A DNA stretch of 64,000 nucleotides from an uncultured Planctomycetota bacterium (GTDB taxonomy: Bacteria > Planctomycetota > Planctomycetia > Pirellulales > Lacipirellulaceae): positions 736,001 to 800,000 of the forward strand of contig CAVRBU010000004.1 in NCBI GenBank assembly GCA_963719315.1, given 5' to 3'. The notes beneath the pieces were generated by a model. That model saw only the letters and a program-made list of their open reading frames with translations. It made no database searches and was not told where the DNA came from. Positions within the stretch are counted from its first letter, which is position 1. The number at the start of each line of letters is the position of its first letter. Shown one piece after another: positions 52,283 through 62,676 of this stretch. The position numbers and the translations under genes are program-made.

Positions 52283-53709
52283 GGCATTGTCCGTTGCTTT
52301 TGGCGGTTACCGTCAGCATCTGATCTTTTGGGCTCCGTACCGAGCTGCGACGGTGGAGTGGCATAAAAAGACGCGATCGGATCGCCAAAGTCCCTGCCCA
52401 GAATTCGCAACTGCCCGCGGAGTCGGGCGAGCACGTCACGGCTGCTGTCGTTATCCACCAGATTGTTCAGCTCGTCTGGGTCTGTCGATAAATCGAAGAG
52501 CTGACTGTGACGCTGGTCGCCGACCACATACTCGATCAATTTCCATCGCTTATCTCGAACCATTCTTTGACATTCGCGATATGCCGCGAAGAGGTAGAGG
52601 CGCAAGTCCGTTGCCTCTCCCAGGACAATCGGCATCAGACTCTTGCCCTCGACCACAGTGGGCGTCTTCGTGCCGGCCAAATCGCAAATGGTCGGGAACA
52701 GATCGTACAGATACACCAGCGCGTCGGAGTGTCCGTGAGGAATCCCAGGCCCCGCTATGATTAGGGGTGGTTTGACGTGTTCGTACAGGTTTTGCTTGCC
52801 CATCAAGCCATGACGCCCACCGACCGCCAGGCCTTGGTCGCTAGAGAAAATAATAATCGTATTGTCCGCATAATTCAGGTCGCGCAGTCGATCGAGGATT
52901 CGCCCGACTTGGTTATCCAAATCCGAAATACAAGCATAATAGTCGGCCAGGTGCTGCCGCATTTCCTTCGGGTCGCGCGGCCGAGCTGCCAGCAATTCGT
53001 CGCGAATGCTCAATTCGCCATTGTCGAAGGGATGAGCAGGCATGAAATTGGGCGACAGCCGAAGCTTGTCTGGGTCGTACATCTTCATGAAATGATCTGG
53101 CGCCATGCGCGGATCGTGTGGCACGGGCGGCGCGAGATAGATGAAAAATGGCTTGCTCCGATCGTGGGCCTCGAGAAATTGCACCACTTGATCGCCATGG
53201 TGCCGCATGTCGTCCGGCCCCGATTTCACTGTCTCTACATTGAAATCAAACGCCGCATTGCCGTAGCGGCACGCATTATTTGATTTTCCGCAGTGATAAG
53301 TAACGTAACCGGCATCGCGCAATACGCGAGGAAGCAATACGAGATCGGCCGGCGCTTGCAAACCCGTCACTTTCGGCAATCGCCAAACGCTTCGCCCGGT
53401 AAGCAACATCGTGCGACTGGGGACGCAGACCGCGGGTGTCATCGATCCCATGCAGAACGCGTTCGTGAAGTGGAATCCCGATTCCACCAGCCGATCCAGG
53501 TTGGGCGTCTGAATCTGGTCATTGCCCAGCGAATGAATTGTGTCCCAGCGCTGGTCGTCGGAGAAAATAAACAAGATATTTGGATGCGGGGGCTGTTTTG
53601 CTGATGCGGTCGCGGCGGCCAAGATAACGTACGCGGCAAGCGCAAGCGGCACGAATACGCTCCCGACCAGTTGAAAATCGAGTCGGAATAATAGCCAATG
53701 CAGCTTCAT
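52279..53709 (-). CDS. Sulfatase-like hydrolase
   Basis: PNILFIFSDDQR, VCVPSRTMLLTGR, PHDP, SSDQG, GKQNLYE. Confidence 0.9.
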   Translation of the reverse strand: MKLHWLLFRLDFQLVGSVFVPLALAAYVILAAATASAKQPPHPNILFIFSDDQRWDTIHSLGNDQIQTPNLDRLVESGFHFTNAFCMGSMTPAVCVPSRTMLLTGRSVWRLPKVTGLQAPADLVLLPRVLRDAGYVTYHCGKSNNACRYGNAAFDFNVETVKSGPDDMRHHGDQVVQFLEAHDRSKPFFIYLAPPVPHDPRMAPDHFMKMYDPDKLRLSPNFMPAHPFDNGELSIRDELLAARPRDPKEMRQHLADYYACISDLDNQVGRILDRLRDLNYADNTIIIFSSDQGLAVGGRHGLMGKQNLYEHVKPPLIIAGPGIPHGHSDALVYLYDLFPTICDLAGTKTPTVVEGKSLMPIVLGEATDLRLYLFAAYRECQRMVRDKRWKLIEYVVGDQRHSQLFDLSTDPDELNNLVDNDSSRDVLARLRGQLRILGRDFGDPIASFYATPPSQLGTEPKRSDADGNRQKQRTMP

Positions 53710-53730
53710 GAAAGGCTCCGCATCTCTGTC

Positions 53731-56009
53731 TCATCGGGCAGGCCGCCGCCTGCGAAGATTACTGATCGCCGTCGCGCCGAGGCACACCAGCGCAAAACTC
53801 GTTGGCTCGGGCACCGCGGCTTGTGACCCCAGCTCGGGGACTGTCCAATTCTGGCTGATGAAGCCAACGTCTAGAATATCGACGATCATGTCGCCATTGA
53901 GGTCGCCTAAAGGCCCTGCTTCGCCCCAATGAGACACTACAAAATTGATGTCCTGGTCGTCAACTACACCATCGTAATTGACGTCTCCCGGCAGCGCTGC
54001 AGTGCCCTGCAGCGACAGTCGCGGTGCGAGTAAAGAGTTACCCTCGCGCGAGTAAAAACTCGCGACGGATGAAGAAGTGGTTGGCTCAAGAATGATCGTC
54101 ACCAGTCCGCTCTCATCCGTATCCTGAAAGTACTGAGCCAGGTTCAGGAAGACCGACAGATTCGCATTGTTGAAGTTGATGCTTTGACCCGCCAACATCG
54201 AGCCAACCGTCAAAGTGCCCAGCGTAAGAATATTCGGAGTGTTCGTGCTGGTCGAACTCACGCCGAGTGTGCGACTATCGTGATCCCAACTCAAGCCAGG
54301 CCCGCCATTGAACTGGATTGTTGATTCCGCCCAATCCCAGCCGGAGGCGTCGTGCTCCAGGCCAAATATCTTGAACGTGCGACTACCCGAGATATCGGCC
54401 GCCGCCGTCAACTGCAGACTGGCATTAGTGACCGATCCAGGTACGATCTCCGCGAGATCGAACTTCAAGACGATCGGCTGATTGGTGGTGCCGGACGATC
54501 CTCCCCAGATTGCATCCAACGACGATCCAGTGCCGTTGCCGCCGCTCACGGCACTGGTCCCAACGCCGTTTTCGCTAACGTACGCATCGGCCCCACGCCC
54601 GAAACCGGTCGAAACGGTGATCGCTTGAGTAGCCGCGGGCGCGTAAGCATTGGGCGTCAGCGTGTGCAGGTAACTTTCCAGCATCGTGTAGCCGGAGGAC
54701 AGCACGACGTTATTGATCTTCGGGTCGGCGGCGGTGACGCCGTAACCATGCGCCGCCGCAAACCAATCGGCAACGCCGTCGGAGTTCGAATCCGCCGGCT
54801 TGGTGCCTGTTGGCAGAGTCGGATACCCGCCGACTTGCGACGGTGAATCAATAATTGAGCCGAACTGATTCATGACCCCACGTACGATCCGTCGATCTAC
54901 CCCATCGCGATAGTGCGAAGCGCCAGCATGACTCAGAACGTTAATGTAGGCGGTACGGGCGTCGGTGGTTGTCACTTGCGGCAGATTGAAGCGCTGCGCA
55001 GGAAGCGTAAAACCACTCCCGCTGCTGCCATCGGTCTTCATCAGCTTTGAGCCGGTGGCTACGGTCTCGTCCAAAACACCCTTGGTCGAGCTGCTGTCGC
55101 GAAGATTGCCCTCGAAGTAAATGCTTGGGTGCGAGGAGGACTGAGCGGAATAGAGAGCGCTGCTTGAACTTGTGTTGGGGCCGTCGACGCCAAAATTGCC
55201 GACATAATTGATCGAGGGGATGTCAGCCGAGCCGCTGCTGTAGCCGTAGTTCGAACCAGAATTAAAGATGACATTGTTTACGAAATCCAGTTGCGCCAAA
55301 TCGCCTACGCGAGGATTACGGCTATCATTGTTCGCAAACAAGTTATGCGCAAACGTCATCGTTGTCGGCGTCGTGCCGGAATCGACTCCGACGGCAAAGC
55401 TGTGGCTGCCGCTGGGGTGCCCCGCGTTTTTAAGTGCTTCGCTAATCACTGAGTATTGCACCGTCACGTTGGTTGACTCGTGCGTGACCGGAAGAGCCTC
55501 GTCAATGCTCCAAGAAGCCGTCACATGATCGATCATAACATCGTGAACGGTTCCGACATTCAGCGCGTCGGGGGCCGGATTAATTGCACGGCTAGCCGGA
55601 TCGTCGCCCAAACGGACTCGCATGTACTGCAGGATCACGTTGTTGCACTCGCTGATGCCAAATTTCTGATCGGCAATCGTGATCCCGCCACCGGCGCCGA
55701 CTGACCCGCAAATGTAATATTTGACTTTTTCGACTTGAGCTCGTTTTGCAGGTGAATCGTGCCCGCCACATTGAACAGAATGGTCCGCGGGCCAGTGGCC
55801 GTATCGATCCCCCAGCGCAGGCTTCCTAAACCGGAATCGTTGAGATTCTCAACGAAATACACGTCGCCGCCGCGGCCACCGACCGCGTTCGCTCCGGCCC
55901 CTTCAGCTCCGGGGAAAGCGACCAGGGTGGCCATTCCGGTCGTCACGCTCAAGAACGCCGCAATGGCAGTCAAAGCTATGGCAACCCACGATGTAAACGA
56001 GCGGAGCAT
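53731..56009 (-). CDS. PL1-like pectate lyase with dockerin-like and PEP-CTERM domains (frameshift near 55690)
   Basis: AFPGAEGAG..GGRGG, IDHVTASWSIDE, RNPR, GDVNYDGVVD, VPEPTS+TM+RRRR. Confidence 0.82.
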
Positions 56010-56101
56010 TATGGTTGACTTCCATAAACGACGACGTGATCGCTGGCCAAACCGTTTGACGGAAAATTGCGAGGAACGGCGTATTCGTCCTACGATCCAG
56101 T

Positions 56102-58360
56102 TCATTTTGTGTCCGCTCGATATGGATTATTTGGCAATAGGCCGATGCTTTCCAAGTCGATTGGTTCAATGCCCAGTGCGTGAGCGGGCGACTCCTTCCT
56201 CAGCCGCAGATCGCCCCGCTCAACATCGACGAACATTGGATCGGCAGTCAAGCTATGCAACTCGACGCCGTACTGTCTCTCCTCGTTCAAATGTGACACC
56301 GCCCAATCCTGGTATTGAGGGCAGTAATATAGATTGAAGTCCGCATCGCAGTCTCGCAACCGCGGCTCGTCACCCTGGCCGTACGTTCGATTCTGGATAA
56401 CAGGCGCGTAACCGGGGTCAGGCGAATAGATGATATTCCTTTCAATCTTCGAGCCGGCAACCGAGTTGACCTCGAGTCCGATATAACCGCGCAGTTGCGA
56501 TGCGGGTTTAATGGTCAAACGACTTGGGACAAGATCGACAATAAAGTTGTTGATGATATCGTTCTTTCCTTTGATGGTAATCCCTTGGTGCATGCATCGC
56601 ACGTTAAAAATGATGTTCTTCTCGATAATGGTTTCTTCCTGATCGTCGTCGCAACGAATGGCCTGCACCAGATGATCGGAATCGATGTCATGAATCAGAT
56701 TTTGCTGGATGACGTTGCCTCTTCCAGTTCCCGACACATAGATTCCGTTCCCGTCGCCCAATCGCTCCATCACAGAGCTGATTTCGTTGCGCTCCACGCG
56801 GTTCAAGCGTCCGTGCAGATAGGGTTCCCGTTCCTCCCAGGTCCAGGGTTTGGAATGTTGGTTGTGAATCTCATTCCAGCGCACCGTCCGCACCGATCCT
56901 GATGTTCCGGTCCGAGTCCACGCAATCCGGCCGCTGACGACGATTCCTGTATAAGGCGTGTGTTGCACGAGATTGTTGGCAATCAGATTTCGACCGCTCT
57001 GCCAGACGAAAATCGCGGGTGACGCCCAATACAATTCGCCGATGTGGTGAACCCAATTGTTCACTACAGAATTGTCGACGTTCACGTCCTTCGTTCCAGG
57101 GCCATACCCGGCCAGCAAGATGCCAACGCCGCCCAGATGTGCGAATTCGCAATCGCGGACAATATTCCGCTGGCAGTGCAGGTCCATGCGCACTCCGGCG
57201 CCACCGCCTGCCACGAAGCGACAAGCTTCCACGCGGCAACCCTCGGCCCCGCGAAAACGGAGCATTCCGCTAGGACGATCGAACTGCTCCCAGCTGTGCT
57301 GCAGATCCCATCCGTCCTGACCTTGTCTGGGCAGCCGTTCGGCGTGGGCAAAGGTCAGTCCGCGGAATACGAGGTTCCTTGTCGGACTGTCGTGGGGGGC
57401 GGCGTAATCGATCTCCCCTTCGACGCGCACAAGCTCTGTCAATCGAGGCGCAACGATGTTGTGGCTCGGTCTTTCGCCCAGCGGCCAAAGATAGATCTTG
57501 CGATTCTTCGAATCAAACACCCACTCTCCCGGCTGGTCGAGATCTTCCAGCCGGTTTTCGATCCACATCGTCTCGCGATGAAACTTCATCGGTCCGATCG
57601 GCCGTGAGGCGAGAAGGCGTGTCACGCCCAGCCGTTTGGCTTTGTCGACATAGGCAATCGGAAGGATATTCATTTCATAATTCGCGGTCGGCATGACCAA
57701 CAGATCGGCGCCGACGAAATCGGGGTAACGCTCAACAACACCTTGCGGAAAATAGAAAACATCGCAGGGGCCCCTGCCCGCCCCGTCGTCTGGCCAGCCA
57801 TGTGGCGGAGTAAAGCCGCGCCCTTGGGCACGCGGCAGCCGATTCAATCCGTCATAGAGGGTTAGAACTTCTCCAAGGCATGCTGGTACGTCAGTCACCC
57901 ACAAGTGCTCCACTGCCGAGGCGGCAACACTGGGCGAATGCCTCTCGAGTTTCGTCCACTTGCCGAGAGGAACACCCGACGAAAGGATGGCCGATTCGCC
58001 TGGGTAGGCGGCGAAGGTGGTCGTCCCCACTTCGCCGGCCGAATCTAGCAGAGAGAAAACCAGGGTCTTATCCAACCGATACGTACCGGCCCGCAGCGCC
58101 ACTTGGATCGACTTGGTCGGCTCCGTGACGCGCATTTCTTGAACGGCCTGCCGAGCTCGTTCGAGAGTCGCGTAGGGCCCGTCGGTCCGGTCCGCGTTCG
58201 GTTCAGCAAGGCGACCCGACCAGGCGTCGTTTCCACCAGGAGAAATGAATAGGTCCCATTTCACCGCCGGCGCAATCGGATTTTCGTCCGCGGCAATCGT
58301 TCCCGCGAGGACCGTCACCAGCAGACCGACCAGTGCCTTCGAGATCGTTCGACTAACCAT
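56102..58360 (-). CDS. Right-handed beta-helix glycoside hydrolase/lyase-like protein
   Basis: SPGGNDAWSG..DGPYATLERAR, LRAGTY, AAYPGE, LDQPGEW, DGNGIY, DPMFVD..GDLRL. Confidence 0.8.
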   Translation of the reverse strand: MVSRTISKALVGLLVTVLAGTIAADENPIAPAVKWDLFISPGGNDAWSGRLAEPNADRTDGPYATLERARQAVQEMRVTEPTKSIQVALRAGTYRLDKTLVFSLLDSAGEVGTTTFAAYPGESAILSSGVPLGKWTKLERHSPSVAASAVEHLWVTDVPACLGEVLTLYDGLNRLPRAQGRGFTPPHGWPDDGAGRGPCDVFYFPQGVVERYPDFVGADLLVMPTANYEMNILPIAYVDKAKRLGVTRLLASRPIGPMKFHRETMWIENRLEDLDQPGEWVFDSKNRKIYLWPLGERPSHNIVAPRLTELVRVEGEIDYAAPHDSPTRNLVFRGLTFAHAERLPRQGQDGWDLQHSWEQFDRPSGMLRFRGAEGCRVEACRFVAGGGAGVRMDLHCQRNIVRDCEFAHLGGVGILLAGYGPGTKDVNVDNSVVNNWVHHIGELYWASPAIFVWQSGRNLIANNLVQHTPYTGIVVSGRIAWTRTGTSGSVRTVRWNEIHNQHSKPWTWEEREPYLHGRLNRVERNEISSVMERLGDGNGIYVSGTGRGNVIQQNLIHDIDSDHLVQAIRCDDDQEETIIEKNIIFNVRCMHQGITIKGKNDIINNFIVDLVPSRLTIKPASQLRGYIGLEVNSVAGSKIERNIIYSPDPGYAPVIQNRTYGQGDEPRLRDCDADFNLYYCPQYQDWAVSHLNEERQYGVELHSLTADPMFVDVERGDLRLRKESPAHALGIEPIDLESIGLLPNNPYRADTK

Positions 58361-59798
58361 ATACAACGGTGGCCTCAGGCAGCGGCCTGGCGATCTCGTC
58401 AATGCGGTAGCCAAACCCCGACCCGTGAACCGTCGACAAATCGAGATTCCCGGCCCGGCGGGTGTAGACACCAGGATGCACGCGTGCCTCAAAGGACGAG
58501 GCCTCCGGGTAAAACTGCATGGCGTTCGATTCGACACCCATGATGGTACGCGCGTGTGCGGCAAGCATTACATGCGGGATTTGCGCGAGCATCGGATTCG
58601 TCAAATCTTGCACCATCACCGCCATATCGTGCGCCCGGGCCCAGCAGAGTGAAAGAATAGCGCCCGTTTGCGTCTTACAAGTTTTTAGCGCCACGCCCGT
58701 CCATCCGAGCGATCGTCCTAGCTTCACATACCGCCAATTATGGGCGCTCTCGTCCATAAACAGCGGCTTGCGCCGAGCGACGCCTCGCACATCGACCCGT
58801 TGCTCCTCGAGTTCGTAGGCGAACGGTTGCTCAACGTATAAAATCATATCGAAGATCTGGCGCTCATCGCGTTCGAGGCGATCCAAGATTTCGGTTACGT
58901 ACTCTGGCTCTCGCACGGTGCAATTGAAGTCGGCCGAAAGCCATTTCACCCCTTTCGATCGCCCGGTTCGGCCGATTTGGACCAGGCGGTCGTAATCCCA
59001 CGCGGCGTTATCTCCCCGGAGCTTTACCTTGAGACAGTATAAGCCGTCCCGTTCGATCCAATCGCTCAACAGCACCGGGTATCCATCTTGCGGCCTACTG
59101 CTGGAGAGTTCGCCGGGCTCAAGCGGATCGAGGCCGCCGACCAAATGCCAGACCGGCAGCGTTCGCGTTGGCGCAGCCGTCAAAAAATCGGCCGGATACG
59201 AATTGCGGAAGGCAACCTGAGAATTCGCCGCTGGCGAAATAAGTTCGGCCAAATCGCAGTTCATGTATTTCGAATTGTATGTCTCATAAACGGGCACTCC
59301 ATTCAGCGCTCCGTACGCATCGTGGAGGGCAATATCGTAAGCGGAACAACACACCAGCGCCGCCAAATGAGGCAAATGCGCGTCAATCTCACGGCCTGCG
59401 TTAAATTCACAGGTACGCTGCTCTAAAATGTCTCGCTGAAAAGCGTCTCCGATTTCGAGTGGGTGGCCCCAATATCCAAATTGCCACCAAGCCTCGGCCA
59501 GTTGCTGGCAGAAATCAATCATCGACTCATGCCGTTCGGCGTACGACAAGGAGCTTGGCCACGACCACTGGACGCTGAGCGGCGTTTCTCCCCATCCCTC
59601 AGCGGTCCGACCGCGACGGTCCACCAGTTGTATTCGTACTCTTGCGCAAGTTACCGTAGTAAGCGTTTCATTGCCGAATTTGAGCGGAACCCGCGTAGCC
59701 ACCGGCAACAAATACAATTCGACGCGGTTCACCCGCGCATCGGTCGGCCTGTGAGCCCGGTGCGTTCGTGCGTCAATTGTTTGACCGACGGATGCCAT
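58353..59798 (-). CDS. Mandelate racemase/enolase superfamily protein
   Basis: CLKVKLRG (KxK), ADFN, VEQP, MDESAH, LKTCK. Confidence 0.8.
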   Translation of the reverse strand: MASVGQTIDARTHRAHRPTDARVNRVELYLLPVATRVPLKFGNETLTTVTCARVRIQLVDRRGRTAEGWGETPLSVQWSWPSSLSYAERHESMIDFCQQLAEAWWQFGYWGHPLEIGDAFQRDILEQRTCEFNAGREIDAHLPHLAALVCCSAYDIALHDAYGALNGVPVYETYNSKYMNCDLAELISPAANSQVAFRNSYPADFLTAAPTRTLPVWHLVGGLDPLEPGELSSSRPQDGYPVLLSDWIERDGLYCLKVKLRGDNAAWDYDRLVQIGRTGRSKGVKWLSADFNCTVREPEYVTEILDRLERDERQIFDMILYVEQPFAYELEEQRVDVRGVARRKPLFMDESAHNWRYVKLGRSLGWTGVALKTCKTQTGAILSLCWARAHDMAVMVQDLTNPMLAQIPHVMLAAHARTIMGVESNAMQFYPEASSFEARVHPGVYTRRAGNLDLSTVHGSGFGYRIDEIARPLPEATVVYG

Positions 59799-59889
59799 CG
59801 ATGATTTACTCGAATTTGAATTAAGTTGCGGTGACCGCGATCCGTTCCAATTGACCATTCGTCTCGCGAACTACACTTCGGCTCGATTC

Positions 59890-61587
59890 TCACGAAGAAT
59901 ATATCGAGGGCGCCAAGGAATTGAGATATTCTTCAACGTTCGTGTACCCATCGCCGTCCCGGTCAAGTGCGCCATCGGACGCATTCTGAGGATCTAAACC
60001 GTGACTTTGTTCCCAGTCGTCGGGCATGCCGTCGCCGTCGGTGTCGGGCGGCGCCGGTATCGATTTGAGTTCGGGCCAGCCTCCCACGTCGGTCTGCGAA
60101 TCAATGATACCTTTTCCTCCACCATCCCAACTGCTGCCGAAATGCGCCGTTCCCGTTCGTATTTCATTGATTATCCGCGTATCGACCGTATCCCGCGACA
60201 GCGAAGCGCCCGCATGTTCTAGCACGAGCTCGTATGCTTCCTCGGCGTTTTGAGTTCGGACTGGCGCGACAATGAAAGGCTCATTGACCCTCAGAGTGGA
60301 TTCGGTCGCGCCACCGCCGGAGCTAAAATCAATGCCGCCTTCCCAGTTGTGTTTACTGATTTCCGGTAAGCCCCACACATAGTTGCCGTCGGCGTACATC
60401 CGACCGAGCGAATCGTGCTGATAAAATATTCTGTGGCGAACATTCTGTTTCGTGGCCGGTCCATATTTGTAGTAGTTATTGATCCAATTCCTAGGCCACA
60501 GCTCGCCGCCATAGGCACTGTTGAAGCCCCAGTTGTAAATCACGTTGTTGCGAAAATCCATCAGCCCCGAATCCTTGTTGCCTGAGGCCCGCGGATTTCG
60601 GCTGGAGTGGTGGGCCAGAATGTTGTGGTGCCACGATCCACCGGGACCGCCCCACAGCCCACCATAACCGTGGTGCCCTTTCTTATGGATCGAGTTATAC
60701 AAGCTCTCGGTTGCCATGCACCATTGCACCGAAAAATTCCGCACCTTGTTAATAGATAGCACTTCATCGATGCCCCAACTCACGGAGCAATGGTCGATGA
60801 TTGCCTGTTCCCCATCTCCGCCGAAGCCATCGTACTCGATACCCGCTGTATCACCCGGTCGAAAACGGATGTATCGAATGATGATCTGCTTGGTATTGAA
60901 TTTGACTTGATGATTGCGAATGCAAATTCCATCTCCCGGGGCCGTCTGACCCGCGATCGTGAGATAGGGATTCTTGATTTTCACGTTCGACTGGAGCGGA
61001 ATCGTCCCCGATACTCGGAATACGACGATCCGCGGTCCTTCCGCCACGCAGGCGGCTCGAAAACTGCCTGCCCCGTCGTCGTTGAGATTGGTGACCGCGA
61101 TGACGCGCCCGCCGCGCCCGCCAACTACATATTTGCCGAAACCCTCGGCGCCGGGAAACGCCGGCGGCCTGTTGGGACGAAAGTTCTTGATCACGACCTC
61201 TGGTTTGTCGTAGTCATACTTGAGGTCGTATAACCAACCTTGTGGAACCTCTACCCGGTCGAATTTGCCGCTGATCGAGGAAACGCCATTGCCGTAGAGC
61301 ACGACTTCCGTGTTTTCGTGGGGAAGAATCGGGCCAGCAAAATTTATTTTGAGCGTTCCCGACAGCGCCCACTTGCCGGCTCGAACCGTGTTACAGATGG
61401 CGCCGTCCGTAATAGTGAATTCCGTGGCCCGATCGGTTGTTGAAGCGAAACTTTCGGTTTTCCCGCCGACCAGTTTCCCGGCAATTTTCGCGGGCGCCGC
61501 GCAAGCGGTCGCCGCCGAAATGGCACAGGAACAGCCGATGATTACGGCCAATCGTCGAAGAAACTTTGCAGCATCGTCACTGGGCAT
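59890..61587 (-). CDS. PL1-like pectate lyase
   Basis: AFPGAEGFG..GGRGG, IAGQTAPGDG, IDHCSVSWGIDE, RNPR, DTDGDGMPDDWE. Confidence 0.88.
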   Translation of the reverse strand: MPSDDAAKFLRRLAVIIGCSCAISAATACAAPAKIAGKLVGGKTESFASTTDRATEFTITDGAICNTVRAGKWALSGTLKINFAGPILPHENTEVVLYGNGVSSISGKFDRVEVPQGWLYDLKYDYDKPEVVIKNFRPNRPPAFPGAEGFGKYVVGGRGGRVIAVTNLNDDGAGSFRAACVAEGPRIVVFRVSGTIPLQSNVKIKNPYLTIAGQTAPGDGICIRNHQVKFNTKQIIIRYIRFRPGDTAGIEYDGFGGDGEQAIIDHCSVSWGIDEVLSINKVRNFSVQWCMATESLYNSIHKKGHHGYGGLWGGPGGSWHHNILAHHSSRNPRASGNKDSGLMDFRNNVIYNWGFNSAYGGELWPRNWINNYYKYGPATKQNVRHRIFYQHDSLGRMYADGNYVWGLPEISKHNWEGGIDFSSGGGATESTLRVNEPFIVAPVRTQNAEEAYELVLEHAGASLSRDTVDTRIINEIRTGTAHFGSSWDGGGKGIIDSQTDVGGWPELKSIPAPPDTDGDGMPDDWEQSHGLDPQNASDGALDRDGDGYTNVEEYLNSLAPSIYSS

Positions 61588-61709
61588 GGCAGGCGTCCAA
61601 ATCGTAGTCCATATCTATGACGACAGAGCGAAGTTTCAGTTTGCGGACGGTTAATTCCTGGTCGAGCCTTGTGAGGCAAGTAAAGTACGAAGGCGGGTAG
61701 ATTGCGACA

Positions 61710-62669
61710 TCAATCGATTTGCTTTCGTTGGCCGGCCCAAAAAATCGCGTTCACCAGCAAAGTGCGAAACACCTGCTTATCGAAATCCTCTGGTCCGCCC
61801 AACGATGTGTAGAAGACTCGACCGCCGCGATGCTCGCGGGTCCACGCGAGTGGCTCGGTGTGCTCGGGAATGGACCCGGTAAGCAGCAAATTCGTGTCGT
61901 CCGCAATGTGAGGATTCTTATAGAGTTTGGTCTTGGTCTCAAACGGCTTGACGCCCTTTAGCACCGGATGGTCGGCTGCTCCTTTGGCAATGGCCACCTT
62001 CGTGATCGGGCCGGAGCCATAATGGCCGTGGTAGTCTCCGCCCAGAATCTCATGATCCAATTCGAGCCAATTCTGGAACGCGTGGCTGGCGGTTCGCAAA
62101 CCGACGATGGGACGCCCCGCCAGACAGTATTTCTTGACGAGCTCCAACTGGTCGCTTGGGAGATCGAGTCGCTTTGTGAATAGCAGCATTGCATCGCTAG
62201 TTTCGAGCGCCTCCAATCCAGGCAAGTTTGTTTTCGAAGTCCAAAATGCGCGTGCGCACTTAATCGGATAGTTCGCTTCCAATATCTTCTGAAACGCTGC
62301 CAACGACTCATTCGATTTATATTCCTCCGAGCCGGAAAGCAGGCACAATTGCAGCGGCTTGTCGCTGGTTTGCGCGGCGATCAGCCGAGAAGACGGGCCC
62401 AACATGCTCGCGGCGGCGCTGACGCCCAACCCCATGCCTGCAACGCGCTGAATGAAGCGTCGTCGATTGAGAGCGACGAACGAGTTGGCCGGGGACTGAC
62501 CCGATTTTGCGGCCCTATTTGTGGAAAGCGCCTCTGACGCCGAAGAACGTCGAAAAATGGAACCTGATATCAGCCTCGGAGAGGCCTCCCGCAGATGTTT
62601 TCTGCTGAGCAGGACTGACCCCTTCTCGGAGGCCACTTTTTTAGACGCTCTAAGTTTCATGTTGCCCAA
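61710..62669 (-). CDS. ThuA-like domain protein with Tat-like signal (true start uncertain)
   Basis: NRRRFIQ..., VGLRTASHAF, AWTRE..GRVFYTSLG..LVNAIFW. Confidence 0.75.
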   Translation of the reverse strand: MGNMKLRASKKVASEKGSVLLSRKHLREASPRLISGSIFRRSSASEALSTNRAAKSGQSPANSFVALNRRRFIQRVAGMGLGVSAAASMLGPSSRLIAAQTSDKPLQLCLLSGSEEYKSNESLAAFQKILEANYPIKCARAFWTSKTNLPGLEALETSDAMLLFTKRLDLPSDQLELVKKYCLAGRPIVGLRTASHAFQNWLELDHEILGGDYHGHYGSGPITKVAIAKGAADHPVLKGVKPFETKTKLYKNPHIADDTNLLLTGSIPEHTEPLAWTREHRGGRVFYTSLGGPEDFDKQVFRTLLVNAIFWAGQRKQID

Positions 62670-62676
62670 AGTTCAC

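Noticed and set aside
360..55700. About ten frameshifts as programmed recoding or mass pseudogenisation
   Set aside because: Scattered single-base indels without shared slippery motifs in otherwise intact genes; most consistent with long-read errors, needs read check
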